DNA of 64,000 nt from Eledone cirrhosa. Its lineage: Eukaryota. Below, in pieces: positions 1 to 11,946 of the stretch. The stretch is from assembly GCA_964016885.1 (NCBI GenBank), contig OZ024742.1:339326001-339390000 (forward strand). Direction: 5' to 3'. The translations under genes were made by a program, and so were the position numbers. A model generated the notes under the pieces. The model searched no databases. It was not told the origin of the DNA and saw only the letters and a program-made list of their open reading frames with translations. Each line of letters opens with the position of its first letter. Position 1 is the stretch's first letter.

Positions 1-198
1 TTTAGTCTGTCTGTTTCTCTCACTCTCACTCTTTCTCTTTGTAACACACTAACATTCCTCCCCTCTATCGATGTGACGAATGGGGAGATGGAGGAGGAGG
101 AGGAGGAGGAGAGGAGGAAGAGGAGAGAGTCACTTCGTCACTTCACCTCTGCCTTTCTTTCTCTCCCCTCTCACTCCCTCATTACGTACAGACATTAG

Positions 199-389
199 GG
201 CGGTGGATTGGCAGAATCTGTAGAGAGTCGGACACCATGCTTCATAGCAGGAGTTACGTCCCTTTACGGTCTGAGTTCCAATACCGCCAAGGTTAACTTT
301 GCCTTTCATCCTCACGGGGTCGATAAAATAAAGTACCAGTAATGTACTGGGTAATTGCTGGCCTTGTGCCAAAAGTAGAAACAATTATT
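199..389 (+). mobile_element. tRNA-derived SINE, MetaSINE-like core (copy 1)
   Basis: A-box-like TGGCAGAATCTGTAG, B-box-like GAGTTCCAATAC, core GTTAACTTTGCCTTTCATCC..GGGGTCGATAAAATAAAGTACCAG, AT-rich tail; about 9 copies in the window. Confidence 0.85.
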
Positions 390-546
390 AGAAACATTGC
401 TTCATTTTTACAGATCTAAGCATTAGTAAAATAACTAATAATTTCAAAAGTAATTTTTCAATTCCAATTGTTATGAACAGCAAAACATTAATAATAATTT
501 TGTTCTAAGAAATATATATACATTTCTGTGTGTGTAATATATATAT

Positions 547-589
547 AGACTAGCAGAAAACCACCCGGTGGGTGGTTTTCTGCTAGTCT
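547..589. repeat. Palindrome AGACTAGCAGAAAACCACCC-ggt-GGGTGGTTTTCTGCTAGTCT, Helitron-end-like
   Basis: Perfect 20-bp arms with CTAG near both ends; related copy at ~7293-7330. Confidence 0.6.
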
Positions 590-707
590 GTATTATAATA
601 ACTGTATTAGATTTTGTGGCCCGTCTGTCACACACATAGACAAGGATATGATAAAATTGGTCTAAATTATCATTTAGAATTCATAAAATACAAAAAGACA
701 AAAACGG

Positions 708-789
708 TGTGTGTGTATGTATATGTGTGTGTGTGTGTATGTGTGTGTGTGTATGTGTGTGTGTATCTGTGTGTGTGTGTGTATGTGTG
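708..789. repeat. (TG)n/(TATG) compound microsatellite
   Basis: Direct observation. Confidence 0.95.
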
Positions 790-900
790 GGCGTAGGGGG
801 GCGTGACAAATGTACATATTCAAAATTGGATTCATTCATGCTAGAATTTAGCGTTAGTTTTCTTTCCTTTTCGTCCTTTCTATCAATCTAATTACCCCCC

Positions 901-908
901 TCTCTCTC

Positions 909-945
<37 letters not shown>

Positions 946-1082
946 CTGTTTCTCACTCTCTCTATATATATATATGTGTATACATATATATATGTATATA
1001 TATACATATATATGCATATATATATGCATATATATATATGCATATATATATGCATTTATATATATGCATATATATATGTTTA

Positions 1083-1152
<70 letters not shown>

Positions 1153-1232
1153 TATATATATATGTATATATATATGTATATATATACATATATATGCATA
1201 TATATATGCATATATATATGCATATATATAAA

Positions 1233-1302
<70 letters not shown>

Positions 1303-1387
1303 TATATATATATGTATGCATTTATATATATGTATATATACATTCATATATATATATATATATATATATGCATATATATATATATGC

Positions 1388-1419
<32 letters not shown>

Positions 1420-1436
1420 TATATTATTTTTATATA
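901..1436. repeat. Compound (TA)n/(TATGCA) microsatellite
   Basis: Direct observation; source of the YIYI ORFs. Confidence 0.95.
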
Positions 1437-1886
1437 AATAAATAAAAAAATAAACAGACTAAATAAAGATGGCGTAGGCATACAATACAACGGGAGGAAA
1501 CATAATAGCACCCCTGACGATGTTGCAGATGTGCAACGAAAGAACTTTGTTAGACTATATATATGTGTTTGTGTCTATATTATATCTGTATTTTTGACCG
1601 TTGATCAGTCAATGGTAAACATTGAGGACCGAATAAAAAAAAAAGAATTAAATTAACCGATATAAAAGACACAGAAGCGCAAACCAACCAAACAGTGAGT
1701 GTGTTCTGTTATTAATTCTGGCAATACTATTACACAAATATGACCCTCCCCAAGTATAACAATATCTGTTTCGACACGATTTCATATCAAAAACCTCGCA
1801 AAACTAATTCATCGCCGTTATATATATATGCATATATATATATATATATGGACATATATACATATATATATGCGTGTGTGTATGTT

Positions 1887-1971
<85 letters not shown>

Positions 1972-2158
1972 GTGTATGACAGTGTGCATTACTAAAAGTA
2001 ATTAAAGATTTAAAACATGAACTAATGATAATAAAACTGAATTCTACGTGGTGAACCAAATATAGAAATATGTGTTTTGCCTGATTAAAGAAAAAGAGAG
2101 AAAGAGAATTTTAAACACACATTTTTCTTCAATTCCGCATTTACACAACAGTTAGTTC

Positions 2159-2216
2159 ACCATACTGAGAACAATTGTTTCACCTTCGCGGATCTTCAGC
2201 TCGGGATGTGTATGGT
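2159..2216 (-). ncRNA. Minimal type I hammerhead ribozyme motif
   Basis: gag-CTGAAGA-tcc gcgaa ggt-GAAAC-aatt-GTT-ctc; distal stem accatac/gtatggt; palindromic CAATTG stem III. Confidence 0.7.
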
Positions 2217-2642
2217 TATAGGAACAGGAACGACAACCGTACGAACGCGCATGCGCAGAAACTCGGTCACTTCACACAGGCAATACTAGACTGCGTGCGG
2301 TAGGTGTAAGGGAGATAACTGCGAAAGTCCGGAAAGTGTTTAGGTTGAAAATAGAATAACAAAATAAAAATAAAATTACGAAGAATCAGTCCGGAGCCTT
2401 GTAGTTATGCAATAGATGTTTGGTGACGTGTGGACAACGTGTGAAAAATTCACTTCTCGTGTTTAGGCAATCACTATTGCGTAATCTCTTTAGGATAGTT
2501 ATTGGTTCGTCAATACATAAGCCACACGTCGGATTTCCCCTTGCATATGGCTTGGACTTAGTGATGGCTTTCCATTGAATGGAGTAGCTTATACTTGAGT
2601 ACTTGAAGGACCATGCGTGGCTCGCGAGTTTCGTGGATAAAC

Positions 2643-3103
2643 CCCCACCAGGGTGCTCTTGTCGTAAGCCTGAAGCTTGCCTCCTTCAACAGCAATGCAA
2701 CACACCAGCTGTAATCTATGAAGCTGTGGTTACTTCCAACCGACCAAACGAACCACAGGAGGTCAAATCCTATGTGGGCATGGCGGAGGGCCGATTCAAG
2801 GAGCGTTTCCTGAACCACCAGTCTACCTTCAGATACCCGGACAGACGTTCATCCACGAAACTCGCGAGCCACGTATTGTCCCTTAAGGACTCAAGTATAG
2901 ACTACTCCATTCAATGGAAAGCCATCACTAAGTCCAAGCCATACGCAAGGGGAAATCCGACGTGTGGCTTATGTATTGACGAACGAATAATTATCCTAAA
3001 GAGATTACGCAATAGTGATTGCCTAAACACGAGAAGTGAATTTTTCACACGTTGTCCACACGTCACCAAACATCTATTGAATAACTACAAGGCTCCGGAC
3101 TGA
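2643..3103 (+). pseudogene. PLE GIY-YIG endonuclease domain (5'-truncated)
   Basis: CSCR..ACLL..C..VIYEA..YVG..FKERF.NH..STKLASHV..W..CGLC..E..LNTRSEFF..CPH. The first ~13 aa of ORF 2603 come from the inverted arm. Confidence 0.85.
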
Positions 3104-3272
3104 TTCTTCGTAATTTTATTTTAATTTTTTAATTTTATTTTCAACCTAAAAACTTTCTGGACTTTCGCAGTTATCTCCCTTACGCCTCCCGCACGCAATC
3201 TAGTATTACCTCTGTGAAGTGACCGAGTTTCTGCGCATGCGCGTTTGTACGGTTGTCCTTCCTATTCCTATA

Positions 3273-3331
3273 ACCATACACATCCCGAGCTGAAGATCCG
3301 CGAAGGTGAAACAATTGTTTCTCGGTCTGGT
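3273..3331 (+). ncRNA. Minimal type I hammerhead ribozyme motif (mirror copy, 1-nt insertion at the cleavage site)
   Basis: ccgag-CTGAAGA(3290)-tccgcgaaggt-GAAAC-aatt-GTT-t-ctcgg. Confidence 0.6.
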
Positions 3332-3429
3332 GAACTAACTGTTGTGTAACCACTTCTACCTAACTCGTCCTATGGACTGAGTGCTCTACCACTACCCATA
3401 TTACCTTCCAGTGTTCCACCACTATATAT

Positions 3430-3639
<210 letters not shown>

Positions 3640-3990
3640 ATATATGGTCAAAGTGATTGTCAAAAATCAGTAGTAATTCTGTGGTTGCAAATTAGTAGGG
3701 GAGATGGTGGCTAAACCTGCCAGTAGGAGAAAGAGGGGAGGGGGTGGAGTAGACCCAATCAAGCGTTGGTAGTGCCAGCTACAGCTGGGCATGAGGTCAA
3801 AGAAGATACAGGGGAGGGGGAGGGGGAGGAAGTCGGAACGGTAGGTAGAACAATGGGGGGTAGAAATAGGAAAGAAAAAATACTGAGAGTGAAGAAAAGC
3901 AAATAAGTGTAAAGAAAAAAGTAAAGTAAATTAAATTCAACGACCTAGGTGTCAGGCTATTGTTAGGCGAGAATAAAATAAAGAAAGAAT

Positions 3991-4033
<43 letters not shown>

Positions 4034-4392
4034 CTTCTTTCTTTCTTTCTTTATTTTATTCTCGCCTAACAATAGCCTGACACCTAGGTCGTTGAATTTA
4101 ATTTACTTTACTTTTTTCTTTACACTTATTTGCTTTTCTTCACTCTCAGTATTTTTTCTTTCCTATTTCTACCCCCCATTGTTCTACCTACCGTTCCGAC
4201 TTCCTCCCCCTCCCCCTCCCCTGTATCTTCTTTGACCTCATGCCCAGCTGTAGCTGGCACTACCAACGCTTGATTGGGTCTACTCCACCCCCTCCCCTCT
4301 TTCTCCTACTGGCAGGTTTAGCCACCATCTCCCCTACTAATTTGCAACCACAGAATTACTACTGATTTTTGACAATCACTTTGACCATATAT

Positions 4393-4504
4393 GGAATTAC
4401 CCCTTGAGAAGATCGGCTATTTAAATACCAGGATAAATTTTCATTTAGTCCAGAATTAGCCGTCGAAACGGCTTGAGCTCAGCTGTCGGGGTCTTACTGG
4501 TTCC
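4393..4504 (+). ncRNA. Type I hammerhead ribozyme, U3-A8 core variant
   Basis: acccc-TTGAGAA(4404)-ga(t)cggcta...tagccgtc-GAAAC-ggct-tgagctc-agct-GTC(4485-4487)-ggggt; distal ggaat/gttcc. Confidence 0.75.
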
Positions 4505-4583
4505 TATTACCCACTCTACTACCTCAAGTATTGAGTACTTTGGTGCGTTATGGTCCACCTGGTTCCTTACCACATTTCCTTCG

Positions 4584-4621
<38 letters not shown>

Positions 4622-4695
4622 AATAAAATATAGAGTTAATAACTCATATAGATACCCTGCAATTAACAAGCTCAAAGTATAAATACTGAGCATTA

Positions 4696-4873
4696 TGGAT
4701 TGGTAGAGGGTCGGACGCCATGCTTTGATGTAAATAGTTACGGCCCTTTCCATTCTGAGTTCAAATCCCGCCGAGGTTAACTTTGCCTTTCATCCTTACG
4801 GGGTCGATAAAATAAAGTACCAGTAATACACTGGGTAATTGCTGGCCTTGTGCCAAAAGTAGAAACAATTATA
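4696..4873 (+). mobile_element. SINE copy 2
   Basis: Same core and tail as 199-389. Confidence 0.85.
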
Positions 4874-4956
4874 ATATTACATTTGTAGTGTAATCTACCC
4901 TCGTAATTTTAGACACGGGTTTACTGTGTTTACTTCTACACATATTAATATTAATA

Positions 4957-5340
<384 letters not shown>

Positions 5341-5518
5341 ATATATATATATTAGAGCAAATATCTCAAAATTTCTTTTGAAAAGCATTAGAAAAGCGCA
5401 ACCGGTAAAACTTAAAACTAAAACTGAATACTAACCAATACTATTACTAATTTTTACTTATTCCTAATTAAACTATTTTTTACTGGGAACAATTTGTCAG
5501 CATTTTCTTTTCCTTTTA

Positions 5519-5577
<59 letters not shown>

Positions 5578-5579
5578 AT

Positions 5580-5624
<45 letters not shown>

Positions 5625-5779
5625 AATATATATATATATAATAATAATTTATATATAATAATAATATATATATGTATAATAATATATATATATATATGTA
5701 TAATAAAATATAATTGATCACAAGAATATCTATTTTGTTAATATTTTGAATTAATATATATATATATATATATATATAA

Positions 5780-5960
5780 CTAGACCACCCGTGACCCATG
5801 GGGTCACGTCCACTTCAAAATATTTATTTGAAATCATGTTCACTTAAAAATAATTTTTGAATAATTAAAATATAGAGACATGTATATAATGTGAATTGAA
5901 ACTGGAAGGCCCATATATATACGTGTGTGTATGTATATTTAGAAATGTGTGTGTGTATAC

Positions 5961-6001
<41 letters not shown>

Positions 6002-6189
6002 TATATGTGGGTGTCTGTGATCTATATACACTGATCATAGACACATACACACATATACACACACATATATACACACATACATGCACACACACTCAAATAT
6101 ATATATACATATACACAACAACAGCTTTCTCTCTCTTCCATTCTCCCTCTCTCTATGTCTCCTTTTAATCTACTCTCTCCCAACCACTC

Positions 6190-6252
<63 letters not shown>

Positions 6253-6442
6253 ATGAAGGTACCCGGAAAACCCCATATCTTGGGAACCCGTGCTCCGATT
6301 TACGCAAAACTTGTTTTGCTCCATTTGTATTCCTATTTTAGGGGCAACTTCCTTTCAAAGTATTTTCCCATTATGCGCCCTTTTGGCTGTATTACATTAC
6401 AGACAATCAAGCAAACAATCACAGACTTTTAGTATTATATAG
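5780..6442 (-). mobile_element. Non-autonomous Helitron-like element
   Basis: Minus strand ends with hairpin CGTGACCC/GGGTCACG then GGTGGT-CTAG|T; starts CTATATAATACTAAAAGTCTGT; internal (CA)n and (CT)n. Confidence 0.55.
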
Positions 6443-7008
6443 CTAGTAGAACACTGGTGGGTTATATCCGTCTACCTTACTACTCTCCTGTTGACCCTCA
6501 ATCACGTGATATTTCTTCCATTTGAAATTATCGGTGGTAGCGAACAACACGAAGGAATTTTTCTGTCTTGAATTTTCTTTCCTGACTGAGAAAAGTCTCC
6601 TGATGATTTCAGATTTCTCACAATACTCGAAGTATTGTTATTTTTTCAATGAAACTGCAGGAGGGACATTAAAGTAAGTAAAGATTTTTTCTTATCTTGT
6701 TTACTTTTCCCAGATATGATAATATTACACTCTGAATGGATTGATATCTGCTAATTATTTCATAGATCAAAACTTAGTATCGGTTGGACGTCTTTATATG
6801 TATCTATACTTGTGTAAAGATATATATATTTCTTCATTTAATATATATATATATATATATATATATTTAAAAGTTAAACAAGGTTCAATGAATACATCAA
6901 AGAATGAGTTTTACAATAGATTGGAAGCACTCAACAGTAAAAAGGGTTTCCAGAGTTATTAATATTAATTCAAAATATTAACAAAATAGATATTCTTGTG
7001 ATCAATTA

Positions 7009-7075
7009 TATTTTATTATACATATTTCAGAGGTACTGAGTTAATTTCAACAGTACGTCCTCATCAGATAAAATA
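7009..7075 (-). ncRNA. Type I hammerhead ribozyme, canonical core
   Basis: tattttat-CTGATGA-ggacgtactg..cagtacctct-GAAAT-atgt-ATA-ataaaata: 8-bp stem I, 9/10-bp stem II. Confidence 0.8.
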
Positions 7076-7086
7076 AAATAATATAA

Positions 7087-7149
7087 TTATCTGATGAGGA
7101 CGTACTGTTGAAATTAACTCAGTACCACTGAAATATGTATAATAAAATA
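7087..7149 (+). ncRNA. Type I hammerhead ribozyme (mirror copy, stem I only 4 bp)
   Basis: ttat-CTGATGA(7091)-ggacgtactg..cagtaccact-GAAAT-atgt-ATA-ataa. Confidence 0.65.
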
Positions 7150-7291
7150 TAATTGATCGCAAGAATATCTATTTTGTTAATATTTTGAATTAATATATAT
7201 ATATATGTGAATGAAGTAATTCCGTCGGAATATATATGTATATATATGTATATATATGTATATATATGTATGTATATATATATTATATATA

Positions 7292-7636
7292 CAAGCAGAA
7301 AAACCACCCTTCGGGTGGTTTTCTGCTAGCCTGTGTAGTGTGTATATTGATACTATACGCAAGTATATATGCATGTGGATATGATCAAATAAAATCGTAA
7401 TTGACAATATACACAGAAATTGAGCGAAGACTACGTTATACTGTCTTATGTAATCAGTAACGTAATCCATGATACATTAAAAAAAGACGATATTATATAT
7501 AAACTGCATTCGGAGAAAAATAGTGACAGAAATATATAACTGTTTATATTGAAAGTAATCCAACTTATTTTACTAAGGGGATAAAAAATTATAAATCGTA
7601 CGCAGATCCGCGCTTCTTACTTTATTATAGTTTAGA
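7292..7636 (-). mobile_element. Possible Helitron-like remnant
   Basis: Same terminal hairpin as 547-589; other end reads A|TCTAAACTATAATAAAG on the minus strand. Confidence 0.35.
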
Positions 7637-7700
7637 TGTATGTATATATAAAAAAAAAACGGAGTTAAAGACTCACATTAATCCCCTATAATTTAATGAG

Positions 7701-7751
<51 letters not shown>

Positions 7752-8304
7752 TATATGTATAGATACCGGGCTCTTTATAAGACAGTATATAGAGAAAGAT
7801 GCACAAAGAGGTATGTGTTCAATTATAGAGGATAAAATACCACCAGAGTGAAAATCATATTATTTACGAACAGAATGGAAAATGCATAATTAAAATGTAC
7901 AGACCATTCGTTTATAACTATATCTCCTGGACATACAGGAAGCATGTTTTGTCACAAATAAAGTGTAGAATCAAACTGCTGAGATTATCAACAGGAGGAA
8001 CAAACGGTATGATCAACACTTCTAAAAAAATGCCACTCAACTAGCAAGAGTACATGGTATAAAGAGAAAACGTGTGCGCTATACGGGTGCGCTATACAGG
8101 TTCTCGGCTGCTATTTTTAGCGGTCTTTAGGTCGATTCACACCATCATGTGCTGTATAGCGCACATGTTTTCTCTTTATCAAAGTGTGTATACATTTTTT
8201 GGGGACACCCTCTATATATATAATTCTGACAAAATATTTGAGAGTTCTAATTTGTTAGGTACAGGTAATAAGAATAGTTGAAGTTTTGGTCTCGTGAAAC
8301 AAGA

Positions 8305-8521
8305 TATAATGATTTCTAGTATAGGCACAAGGACAACAATTTGGAGGAGGGGAAAGTCGATTAAATCGACCCAGCCCATTACTGGTGCTTTATTTTATCG
8401 ACCCCGTAAGGATGAAAGGCAACGTTAACCTCGGCAGGATTTGAACTCAGACCGTAAAGGGACGTAACTCAATGCTGCAAAGCAAAATTCCGACCCTCTA
8501 CCGATACTGCCAATCCACCGG
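8305..8521 (-). mobile_element. SINE copy 3 (variant tail)
   Basis: Reverse complement of the SINE core. Confidence 0.85.
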
Positions 8522-8878
8522 CGTTGTGGAACAAGATATAATGTAATTCTCTTGTATGTAGATTTCCCATCTTAGGCTGAAAACGTTAAAATCGAAACAT
8601 TCAATTCCTAGTGGTTCCATTGAACGTGTTCAGCCAATCAGGAAGAAGGAAGACAAAAATGTTTCATGCTTCTTAGTCTTGAGTTTACAAGATGGCGGAG
8701 GCGGAGTCGTATCACACTTTCTTTCCGATGTGATTATTATGGATGTATTTCAGATATTTACCGATAGCTAAATCGATAGATTGATGGGTAACTGTCAGAA
8801 AGGCTCTAATATCTATAATCCTAATATCTCTTCTGCTGCTGCTGCTGTTGCTCTGATATAACCTTTAACCTTGACAAA

Positions 8879-9009
<131 letters not shown>

Positions 9010-9240
9010 TTAGTAATGAAAAGGCTTGCTGAACACACAAGCCAAAACCGCTTGGGACCGCAGTCGGGATTTTACACACACCCCTCTTTCTATCTCTCTC
9101 TTTCTCTCTCTCGCTATATATATATATGTCTAGTGGTAGCTAAGATGCTCCCATAGGCGGTATGCCGGTTGAGCACTCTATGCTCCTACGGAGCAGAGTA
9201 TTATAGAATGGAAAACGAAAAGTCACTGATGCATCGGAAT

Positions 9241-9349
9241 TCAATTTATTGCGTATTACAATTCTTTCCCCTGCGAACAGCTCGAGGGGCGATCTGTGTG
9301 TGGATCGACCTGACTCTGGATTCACAGGTTCCTCAGACACGTCTATTGA
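9241..9349 (-). ncRNA. Hammerhead-like motif, long stem II
   Basis: Mirror of 9378-9484. Confidence 0.55.
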
Positions 9350-9377
9350 TTTCGGAGAAAGAGGATCTGCTCCGAAA

Positions 9378-9484
9378 TCAATAGACGTGTCTGAGGAACC
9401 TGTGAATCCAGAGTCAGGTCGATCAACACAGATCGCCCCTCGAGCTGTTCGCAGGGGAAAGAATTGTAATACGCAATAAATTGA
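9378..9484 (+). ncRNA. Hammerhead-like motif, long stem II
   Basis: cgtgt-CTGAGGA(9391)-a-cctgtgaa...ttcgcagg-g-GAAAG-aatt-GTA-atacg; distal tcaat/attga; G-G mismatch in stem III. Confidence 0.55.
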
Positions 9485-9517
9485 ATTCCGATGCATCACT
9501 GATTTTTCGTTTTCCAT

Positions 9518-9925
<408 letters not shown>

Positions 9926-10393
9926 ACACATATAAATATATATATATATATATAGATGGAGCAGAGGTTACGGCATTACATACATAAATAGGCATTGAGA
10001 GGGACGAGGCTGCGTGGTTACTGATAACGAGTGTGAGAAGTTAAGGGAACACAAACAAGAGATAGACATTTTCCCTTCATCAGTTGACTACTACGGGTCA
10101 CGGAAGTTTGAGCGCATTATAGACAATACGTCTAATCGTAGCGCGCCCATAACTTATCATCACCAAGTTATGAGGGAAAGAAAAGACGAAAAAGAGGCGA
10201 TAGCGAAGAGAGAGAAAGAAAGAAAAACAGCGAGAAAAAAGAAAAAAGAATTACCGATAGAAGGCGCATGTGAGTAACCGAGGGGAGAGAAAGAACGAAG
10301 TTAAAAAAAGGCCGTTAGATTTAAAACCAGGGGCCTTATTAACAGCAAGAGAACTAAGAGAACACGTCTATTCTCGGTGAGAACGGCGTAAAG

Positions 10394-10437
<44 letters not shown>

Positions 10438-10767
10438 GCACATATATATATATATCAATCCTAATACCTAATTTTTGCTGGACTGGCAATCGCGCTGTAT
10501 AATCATCTCCTGATTATTACTGGAATTCTATAAGAATCCAGCTTCTATAATTTTCGGCGAAAGCAGGGGGTGCATGGCTCTGATGATCGCCAACCAGCGT
10601 GAAACAGACTGTTAGCTTATTTCCCTTCTTTCACCGAAAAGAAGTGACATAGTCACTATTTTAAAACCGATAGCGTATGGTCTTCTAAATGTTTTTAATT
10701 AAACATACAGTATATTGCCAAATATACTATACATACATTTATTTCTATACATACATTTATTTCTTGG

Positions 10768-10864
10768 GCACCAGAGTACCCAATACTTAGGGTAGGAGAA
10801 TGGGTAATAGGAAAATGTTCAAGACCCCGACGGCAGAGATCAAGCCATTTCGACGGCTATTTTT
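10768..10864 (-). mobile_element. Solo fragment of the 3525-4585 pLTR family
   Basis: gcaccagagtacccaatacttagggtag..aagaccccgacggcagagatcaagccatttcgacggctattt. Confidence 0.7.
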
Positions 10865-10873
10865 GTGTTCTTG

Positions 10874-10922
<49 letters not shown>

Positions 10923-11012
10923 ACAGACATCCACACTATTTCCGTTTACCACTCCGAGGCAAAGATTTTTGAGCCGAAGGTGCCACATAGTGGGAGTGAA
11001 TTCGAACCCATG

Positions 11013-11180
11013 TAATAATTGTTTCTACTTTCGGCACAAGGCCAGCAATTACTCAGTGCATTACTGGTACGTTATTTTATCGACCCCGTAAGGATGAAAG
11101 GCGAAGTTAACCTCGGCGAGATTTGAACTCAGATCGTAAAGGGACGTAACTATGCTGGAAAGCATGGCGCCCGACCCTCT
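11013..11180 (-). mobile_element. SINE copy 4
   Basis: SINE core, reverse strand. Confidence 0.85.
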
Positions 11181-11580
11181 TGTAATAATAGCCAACCAAA
11201 TCTCTCAGACAAGCACGCCAACGCGAACAACCGAAGATTTAGTAGAAATTATTAGCGTAAATGTAGACAAGATGCTTCTAGCCAAGCTGCATAGCTTTTC
11301 ATCTAATTATATCTGCAGTAAAATACGTCAGATATGCAACAGTTATAGCTGTGTTTAATAGCTGTACCCTGGCTTTCCGCTATTTATGTAATGGCAGCTG
11401 TAGAGGGGCCTAAAGAAACTGCCTCAATTAGCTTCTGAAATGGATCGTAGAATTATTGTATTACTGGCCAACATTAGATGGCATTATAACCTCCTCCTCA
11501 TATTGTTATGAGGCAGAAATATAAAATAGGCTTTAATCATATTAACATGATATAAATATCAAATATTAAATATAGCTACA

Positions 11581-11581
<1 letters not shown>

Positions 11582-11619
<38 letters not shown>

Positions 11620-11871
11620 TCATCGTCACCATCAACATCATCATCATCATCATCGTCACCATCATCATCACCATCATCATCATCACCATCATCATCATCG
11701 TCATCGTCATCCCTACAGTAATCGTCACATTTATCCCCCCCCCCTCTTCCTCACCCCCTCCTCCTCCTCACCACATCATCATCATCATCCCTACCATCAT
11801 CGTCACATTTATCTTCCTCCTCCTCCTCTTCCCCCCAACAATCATCATCATCATCATCACCATCATCATCA
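11582..11871. repeat. (GTC)n grading into (CAT)n/(CCT)n low-complexity tract
   Basis: Direct observation. Confidence 0.9.
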
Positions 11872-11946
11872 GCACGATTGTCAGGAAGGTCACCATTATT
11901 ACTTTACTTATGGCTAACCGCCCCCCCCCCCCCCTCAAAAAAAAAA

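Larger units (their letters stand above)
2141..3423. mobile_element. Penelope-like element 3' fragment as inverted duplication (arms 2141-2642 / 2847-3349)
   Basis: ~500-bp diverged inverted arms containing the GIY-YIG C-terminus, 3' UTR and an HHR motif; right arm extends to (TA)n at 3424. Confidence 0.9.
6962..7196. mobile_element. Non-coding fold-back element with two outward-facing HHRs (arms 6962-7071 / 7087-7196)
   Basis: ~110-bp near-perfect arms, 15-bp spacer, CTGATGA/GAAA cores on both strands. Confidence 0.8.

Noticed and set aside
614-2059. YIYI / VCVC / THTH ORFs here and throughout the window
   Set aside because: Translations of (TA)n, (TG)n and (CA)n microsatellites; no coding signal.
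6601-6645. CTGATGA as an HHR core
   Set aside because: No stem II closing onto GAAA and no stem I or III.
7762-8214. Tc1/mariner MITE
   Set aside because: One TIR-like end (ttttttggggacaccctctata), but the partner end matches too poorly to call.
9140-9517. Similar ORFs on both strands
   Set aside because: Consequence of the inverted repeat; no protein motifs.
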